Both the position numbers and the translations under genes were made by a program. This document shows, piece after piece, positions 59,159 to 64,000 of a stretch of 64,000 nt of DNA; position 1 is the stretch's first letter; each line of letters opens with the position of its first letter. Source of the DNA: Gemmatimonadota bacterium (lineage in GTDB: Bacteria; JAAXHH01); assembly GCA_009835325.1 (NCBI GenBank), contig VXWP01000117.1:33111-97110 (forward strand), written 5' to 3'. The notes under the pieces are model-generated. The model was given only the letters and a program-made list of their open reading frames with translations. It did not search any database and was not told the DNA's origin.

Positions 59159-60673
59159 TCATCTGCCCCTGCGCATGGCGTCGCGCCTCCCGGTCAGCTT
59201 CCACGGACTCTCTCCGGACCCGTCGGATCCATCCCCGCCGACCCCGGCCGGCACTGCCCGTCTCGCTTCCCGGTGCTTCATGATGGCGGCGAAGGCGGCG
59301 GCGATATGACGCTCATCGGTCCCGGCGTCTTCGTCAGGCCCCATGGTCTCGACGAAAGCGGTGGAATAGTCGCCGGAAATGAACCGGGGGTCGGAAAGGG
59401 TCCGGAGGTGGAACGGAATCGTGGTCTTGATCCCGCCGATATCGTATTCTCCGAGCGCTCTTTTCATGCGGGCGATCGCTTCTTCCCGCTTCTCGGCCCA
59501 TACGATGAGCTTGGCGATCATGGGATCGTAATAGATCGGCACCTCGTAACCCACGCAGAAACCGCTGTCCAGCCGGACACCGGGGCCGCCCGGCTCGCTC
59601 AGGCGCGTAACCACGCCGACCGAGGGCATGAACTGCGCATTGGGATCTTCGGCGGAGATGCGGCACTCCAGGGCCGCGCCGTGCAGGCGCACGTCTTCCT
59701 GCCTGAAGGGCAGGGGCATGCCGGCGGCGATTTCGATCTGTCGCCGGACCAGGTCCTGCCCCGTTCTCAGTTCGGTGACCGGGTGCTCGACCTGAAGGCG
59801 GGTGTTCATCTCGAGGAAATAGAACTGCCGGTCCTGGTCGACGATAAACTCCACGGTACCGGCGTTGGTGTACTGGACGGCTTCGGCGGCCCGTACGGCC
59901 GCTTCTCCCATGGCGTTCCGCAGCGTATCGTCGAGAATGCAGGAGGGCGATTCTTCGATGAGCTTCTGGTGGCGGCGCTGGATCGAACACTCCCGCTCGC
60001 CAAGATGCACCGCGTGCCCGTGCCGGTCGGCGAGGACCTGGAATTCCACGTGGCGGGGTTCCACCAGGTATTTCTCCAGGTAGACCGTGGCGTCGCCGAA
60101 GGCGGACTGGGCCTCGGACCGCGCGGTCCGGAGCGCGCCGGCCAGGTCGTCCGGGGATTCCACGACGCGCATGCCCTTGCCGCCGCCGCCCATGGCCGCC
60201 TTCACGAGGACCGGGTAGCCGATGGATTCCGCCGCGCCGAGGGCTTCCTCGTCACTGCCGATCCCTTCTTCGGTCCCCGGTACGACGGGCACCCCGGCCC
60301 GGCCCATGGTCTTTCGCGCCGCCGTCTTGCTCCCCATGGTCCGCATGGCCTCGCCGGAAGGGCCGATGAACGTGATGCCGGCCTCCGCGCAGCGATCGGC
60401 GAACTCCCCGTTTTCGGAAAGGAACCCGTATCCCGGATGGACCGCGTCGGCCCCGGCCTTCTTTGCAGTCTCGATGATCCGGTCCACGCGGAGGTAACTG
60501 TCCGAGGAAGGCGCGTCGCCGATGCAGAAGGCCTCGTCGGCGAACTGGACGTGCAGGGCGGTGCGGTCCGCCTCGGAGAAGACGGCCGTCGATTCGATGC
60601 CCATTTCCCGGCACGTGCGGATCACCCGGACGGCGATCTCTCCGCGGTTGGCGATCAGTATTTTTCGGATCAT
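59159..60673 (-). CDS. biotin carboxylase subunit of an acyl-CoA carboxylase (ATP-grasp)
   Basis: Conserved BC N-terminus (MIRKILIANRGEIAVRVIR). ATP-grasp motifs. About 50 aa of low-complexity C-terminal tail. Confidence 0.9.
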   Translation of the reverse strand: MIRKILIANRGEIAVRVIRTCREMGIESTAVFSEADRTALHVQFADEAFCIGDAPSSDSYLRVDRIIETAKKAGADAVHPGYGFLSENGEFADRCAEAGITFIGPSGEAMRTMGSKTAARKTMGRAGVPVVPGTEEGIGSDEEALGAAESIGYPVLVKAAMGGGGKGMRVVESPDDLAGALRTARSEAQSAFGDATVYLEKYLVEPRHVEFQVLADRHGHAVHLGERECSIQRRHQKLIEESPSCILDDTLRNAMGEAAVRAAEAVQYTNAGTVEFIVDQDRQFYFLEMNTRLQVEHPVTELRTGQDLVRRQIEIAAGMPLPFRQEDVRLHGAALECRISAEDPNAQFMPSVGVVTRLSEPGGPGVRLDSGFCVGYEVPIYYDPMIAKLIVWAEKREEAIARMKRALGEYDIGGIKTTIPFHLRTLSDPRFISGDYSTAFVETMGPDEDAGTDERHIAAAFAAIMKHREARRAVPAGVGGDGSDGSGESPWKLTGRRDAMRRGR

Positions 60674-60681
60674 GTACCCTC

Positions 60682-62232
60682 TTACAGCGGGATGTTCCCG
60701 TGTTTCTTGGGAGGATTCGCGTCTCGCTTGTTCTTCAGCATCTCCAGCGCGGAAATGATACGTGGACGGGTCTCCTGGGGCTGGATTACTTCATCGATAT
60801 ACCCGATCTTCGCCGCGACATAGGGATTGTCGAACTTCTCCCGGAACTCGGCGGTCAGTTCCTCGCGCAGGGCGTCGGGATCATCCGCTTCGGCCAGTTC
60901 CCTGCGATAAAGCACATTCACCGAGGCTTCCGGACCCATGACCGCGAACTGCCCGGACGGCCAGGCGTAATTGATGTCGGCCCGTATCTGCTTGCTGTTC
61001 ATCACGCAGTAGGCGCCGCCGTAGGCCTTGCGCGTGACCACGGTCAGCCGGGGCACCGTGCTTTCACAGAACGCGTAGAGCAGCTTGGCGCCTTCCTTGA
61101 TGATGCCGCCGTGCTCCTGGCTTACGCCGGGCAAGAACCCGGGCACGTCCTCGAAGACCACCAGGGGGATGTTGAAGGCGTCGCAGAAGCGCACGAACCG
61201 CGCGCCCTTCACGGACGCGTCGATGTCCAGCACGCCGGCGAGCGAAGCGGGCTGGTTGGCGACGATGCCGGCGGTCCGGCCGTTGAAACGGGCGAACCCC
61301 ACGACGATATTGTCGGCGAACTCGCCATGCACTTCGAAGAAGTCGCCATGGTCCACCACCCGGTGGATCACGTCCTTGATGTCGTAGGGTTTGTTGGCGT
61401 CGTCCGGCACGATGCGGGCAAGTTCCTCGTCCATCCGGTCGGGGTCGTCCGTGGACGCGACCCGCAGTGGATCTTCCATGTTGTTCGAGGGCAGGAACGC
61501 CAGGAGCTCCTTCACCATGGAAAGGCACGAGGGTTCGTCCGGCGCGGAAAAATGGGCCACGCCGGTCACGGAGTTATGGACGTGCGCGCCGCCCAGTTCG
61601 TCGAAAGTCACCTCTTCGTGGGTCACCGCGCGGATCACGTCCGGTCCGGTGATGAACATGTAGCTGGTATCCTCGACCATGAAGACGAAGTCGGTCATGG
61701 CCGGAGAGTAGACCGCACCGCCCGCACAGGGCCCCATGATCACCGAAATCTGCGGGATCACGCCGGAAGCCTGGACATTGCGCAGGAAGATGTCGGCGTA
61801 GCCCGCGAGGCTGACCACCCCTTCCTGGATGCGCGCGCCGCCGGAGTCCTTCAGGCTGATGACCGGCGCGCCGTTCTTCATGGCAAGGTCCATGACCTTG
61901 CAGATCTTCTCGCCGTAGGCCTGGCCCAGCGAACCGCCGAATACGGTGAAGTCTTCGGACACGACGTAGACGCTGCGGCCGTCGATGGTGCCGTAGCCCG
62001 TGATCACTCCGTCGCCGAGCACTTCCGTGCCTTCCATGCCGAAATCCCGACAGTCGTGGGTCACGAAGGCGCCGATCTCCTCGAAACTGCCCTCGTCCAG
62101 GAGAAAGGCCACCCGCTCCCTGGCGGTCCACTTCCCGGCTTCGTGCTGGCGGTCGATACGGCGCTGCCCGCCTCCTTCGGCCGCCTGTTTTCGCAGCGCG
62201 TCCAGGTGTTTCATCTTCTCGGACATGGACAT
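60682..62232 (-). CDS. acyl-CoA carboxylase carboxyltransferase (beta) subunit (PccB/AccD5-like)
   Basis: 516-aa carboxyltransferase with both N and C CoA-binding halves. Substrate (acetyl versus propionyl versus other) is not determinable from sequence. Confidence 0.9.
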   Translation of the reverse strand: MSMSEKMKHLDALRKQAAEGGGQRRIDRQHEAGKWTARERVAFLLDEGSFEEIGAFVTHDCRDFGMEGTEVLGDGVITGYGTIDGRSVYVVSEDFTVFGGSLGQAYGEKICKVMDLAMKNGAPVISLKDSGGARIQEGVVSLAGYADIFLRNVQASGVIPQISVIMGPCAGGAVYSPAMTDFVFMVEDTSYMFITGPDVIRAVTHEEVTFDELGGAHVHNSVTGVAHFSAPDEPSCLSMVKELLAFLPSNNMEDPLRVASTDDPDRMDEELARIVPDDANKPYDIKDVIHRVVDHGDFFEVHGEFADNIVVGFARFNGRTAGIVANQPASLAGVLDIDASVKGARFVRFCDAFNIPLVVFEDVPGFLPGVSQEHGGIIKEGAKLLYAFCESTVPRLTVVTRKAYGGAYCVMNSKQIRADINYAWPSGQFAVMGPEASVNVLYRRELAEADDPDALREELTAEFREKFDNPYVAAKIGYIDEVIQPQETRPRIISALEMLKNKRDANPPKKHGNIPL

Positions 62233-62292
62233 GGGATACGGTTCTCCCGGCGGGACCGGAACGATCGGATCGAGACGGTCACGCCCGCCTGA

Positions 62293-63186
62293 CTATACTA
62301 CTTCGAAATCCAGGGCCTCCAGGCCGGTCCGCAACCGGTCTTCCCCTTCCGCGGACAGCCGGGCGGTGGGCGGGCGCGGCGGCCCCACGGGTACTCCGCG
62401 CCATTCGAGCATCTTCTTGATCCCGGCCAGGACGCCCACCGAAATCAAAAGCGCGATGACCCGGTTGGCCTGTACCTGCAGTGACATGGCTTCCTGTATC
62501 CGTCCGTTTCGGAAGGCGTCGTACATGCCCAGGAACATCCGGGGCATGATGTTGTACGTGGAACCGATGGCTCCGTCGCTGCCCATCACGAACCCCGCAA
62601 CGCACATCTCGTCCGGCCCCGTGATGGCGTTCAGCCTGCCCCCGGACAGGTCTACGAGCTGCTGAAACACGAAGAAGTTCGGGTCCGTGAACTTGATGCC
62701 CGCGAAATTGGGTACCGAATCCATGGCCTCCAGGAACTGCCCGGGCGAGACCTGCCCGTCCACGTCGCGCGCGAGCCAGTAGACGTAGAACGGGACCTTC
62801 GAAGCGCCTCCGATGGCGGCATAGTGTCGTACGGCGGCCGCCAGGTCGTTGGGTCGGTCCGCGGGGGCGACGGAAGCCACGGCGTCCGCACCCAGCGCGC
62901 CGGCCTCCGACGCGAGGACGACGGCGTCCTCCGTGGTCGTGCCGCCCACGTGAAAGACCACCGGGACCTGGCCCGCGACGTCACGGGTTACGGTCTCGCA
63001 CATCCGCCGCCGCTCCGCGACGGACATCTGCCGGCCCTCACCCGTGCCTCCGGTGATGAAGAATCCGTTACTGCCGGCGTCCACCAGGTGACGCACCAGG
63101 GGCGCCACCCGGCCGGACGACAGCTCGAGTTCTTCATCGAAGGGCGTGCAGAGTGCCGGCCAGATGCCTTGGACCAGTTTGGACAT
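62293..63186 (-). CDS. dihydrodipicolinate synthase/N-acetylneuraminate lyase family class I aldolase
   Basis: GGTGEG region and Schiff-base lysine context (FAGIKF). 297 aa. Confidence 0.8.
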   Translation of the reverse strand: MSKLVQGIWPALCTPFDEELELSSGRVAPLVRHLVDAGSNGFFITGGTGEGRQMSVAERRRMCETVTRDVAGQVPVVFHVGGTTTEDAVVLASEAGALGADAVASVAPADRPNDLAAAVRHYAAIGGASKVPFYVYWLARDVDGQVSPGQFLEAMDSVPNFAGIKFTDPNFFVFQQLVDLSGGRLNAITGPDEMCVAGFVMGSDGAIGSTYNIMPRMFLGMYDAFRNGRIQEAMSLQVQANRVIALLISVGVLAGIKKMLEWRGVPVGPPRPPTARLSAEGEDRLRTGLEALDFEVV

Positions 63187-63209
63187 GATTCCGGTAATCG
63201 TCGTCGGCG

Positions 63210-63986
63210 TCAGAAACGGTAGTTAATACCCAGCTGAACGAAACCGTCCTGCCGGAGATCGTAGTACAGATCGTCGCGGTCGATGTTGGTGATCGCGACC
63301 GCCCCCAGGTCCAGGGAAACAGCATCCGACAGCCGGCGCGCCAGTTCAATACCGTAGATGCGCTGACGCTTGTCGAGATCGTGCAGCACACTCACCGTCG
63401 CCTCCGTACCCTGGACATCGTTAAGCATGAGCCGAAGGGCGGCGAAGAGGTCGTTTTCATAGAAATTGGTCGCGCGTCGGCCGCGTCCGTCACGGTCCCA
63501 TTCGGCGAAAAGAGTAAGGTCGGCGTCCGTATTCCACAAGGAAAAAAACGTGTACTCACCGCCCAGCACGAAGGCGTTGAAGGTCTCTTCCACGCCCGCC
63601 AGGTTGCGCGCTCCGGACCGCCTGATCGCTTCCAGCTTGAGCAGAAGAGACCCGGTGGTCCACTGGGCATCCAGGCCGAACTGGCGGATTTGATTGTATA
63701 TGGGATAAAGTACGGGTACGGGCAGAACGGACGAGCCGGGCAGGTTGGACGGAACGCCCGGTTCGCCGCAGTCAAAACACAGTCCGAAGGAAGGCTCCCT
63801 GGCCGTGCCGTCGAATACGCTGGCCCCGAAGTCCAGCAGGCCCACGGTATGGCTGTAGCGGGCGGCGAAATCCGGATGCCACTTCCCGGACGAACTTTCG
63901 TATTCCACCAGGTCATTGTCGACGACCACCGAAGCGCGCAGCCGCCCGTCGCTGCCGGGGAACGTGCGTTTCCGGTGCCAGGACAT
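63210..63986 (-). CDS. putative outer-membrane beta-barrel protein (C-terminal ...NYRF); N-terminus may lie beyond the window
   Basis: Alternating aromatic/hydrophilic beta-strand pattern and a terminal Phe. The reading frame stays open to the window edge. Confidence 0.45.
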   Translation of the reverse strand: MSWHRKRTFPGSDGRLRASVVVDNDLVEYESSSGKWHPDFAARYSHTVGLLDFGASVFDGTAREPSFGLCFDCGEPGVPSNLPGSSVLPVPVLYPIYNQIRQFGLDAQWTTGSLLLKLEAIRRSGARNLAGVEETFNAFVLGGEYTFFSLWNTDADLTLFAEWDRDGRGRRATNFYENDLFAALRLMLNDVQGTEATVSVLHDLDKRQRIYGIELARRLSDAVSLDLGAVAITNIDRDDLYYDLRQDGFVQLGINYRF

Positions 63987-64000
63987 GCCCAGCAGTTCCA

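Overview
This 64-kb window is a high-GC (roughly 63-66%) bacterial chromosomal segment. Genes are densely packed, Shine-Dalgarno (GGAGG) sites are common, and about 60 protein-coding genes can be supported. No rRNA, tRNA, CRISPR array, integrase or transposase was recognised. Main blocks, in order:

- NAD-epimerase and PhyH-type dioxygenase.
- Three tandem paralogous secreted DUF4097-like beta-solenoid repeat proteins (the first with atypically low GC).
- A catabolic-type threonine dehydratase, an orphan BtuF-like binding protein, a large CBM9/DUF5916-like secreted protein and a beta-barrel outer-membrane protein.
- A bacterial-type tungsten aldehyde:ferredoxin oxidoreductase module: a ferredoxin with four [4Fe-4S] motifs (AorA-like), two tandem AOR catalytic paralogs, an FAD/NAD oxidoreductase (AorC-like) and an upstream GYD gene.
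- Three class-I SAM methyltransferases (two paralogous), a P-loop kinase-like protein and a rhodanese.
- A D-2-hydroxyacid dehydrogenase and a stand-alone ferredoxin:thioredoxin-reductase catalytic-subunit homolog.
- A complete Alternative Complex III (actABCDEF plus putative actG), SCO1 and caa3-type cytochrome c oxidase (coxBACD) supercluster.
- A small AT-rich island with two short coiled-coil/TM genes.
- An HGSNAT-like acyltransferase, a PLP-dependent histidine decarboxylase translationally coupled to an ACT-domain gene, glnA with an unannotated 36-aa basic upstream ORF, an ornithine-cyclodeaminase-family gene and a GT9 glycosyltransferase.
- A small His/Asp-rich CxxCH protein with an ABC-2 exporter and a MerC-like protein.
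- A sulfatase operon, argS, yjbQ, an S9 peptidase and proS.
- A split-subunit acyl-CoA carboxylase (CT, BC, BCCP), a DHDPS-family aldolase and a terminal beta-barrel protein.

Many long antisense or read-through ORFs in the six-frame track are GC-driven artefacts and were rejected. Several gene starts were moved to internal ATG/GTG codons with better SD support.
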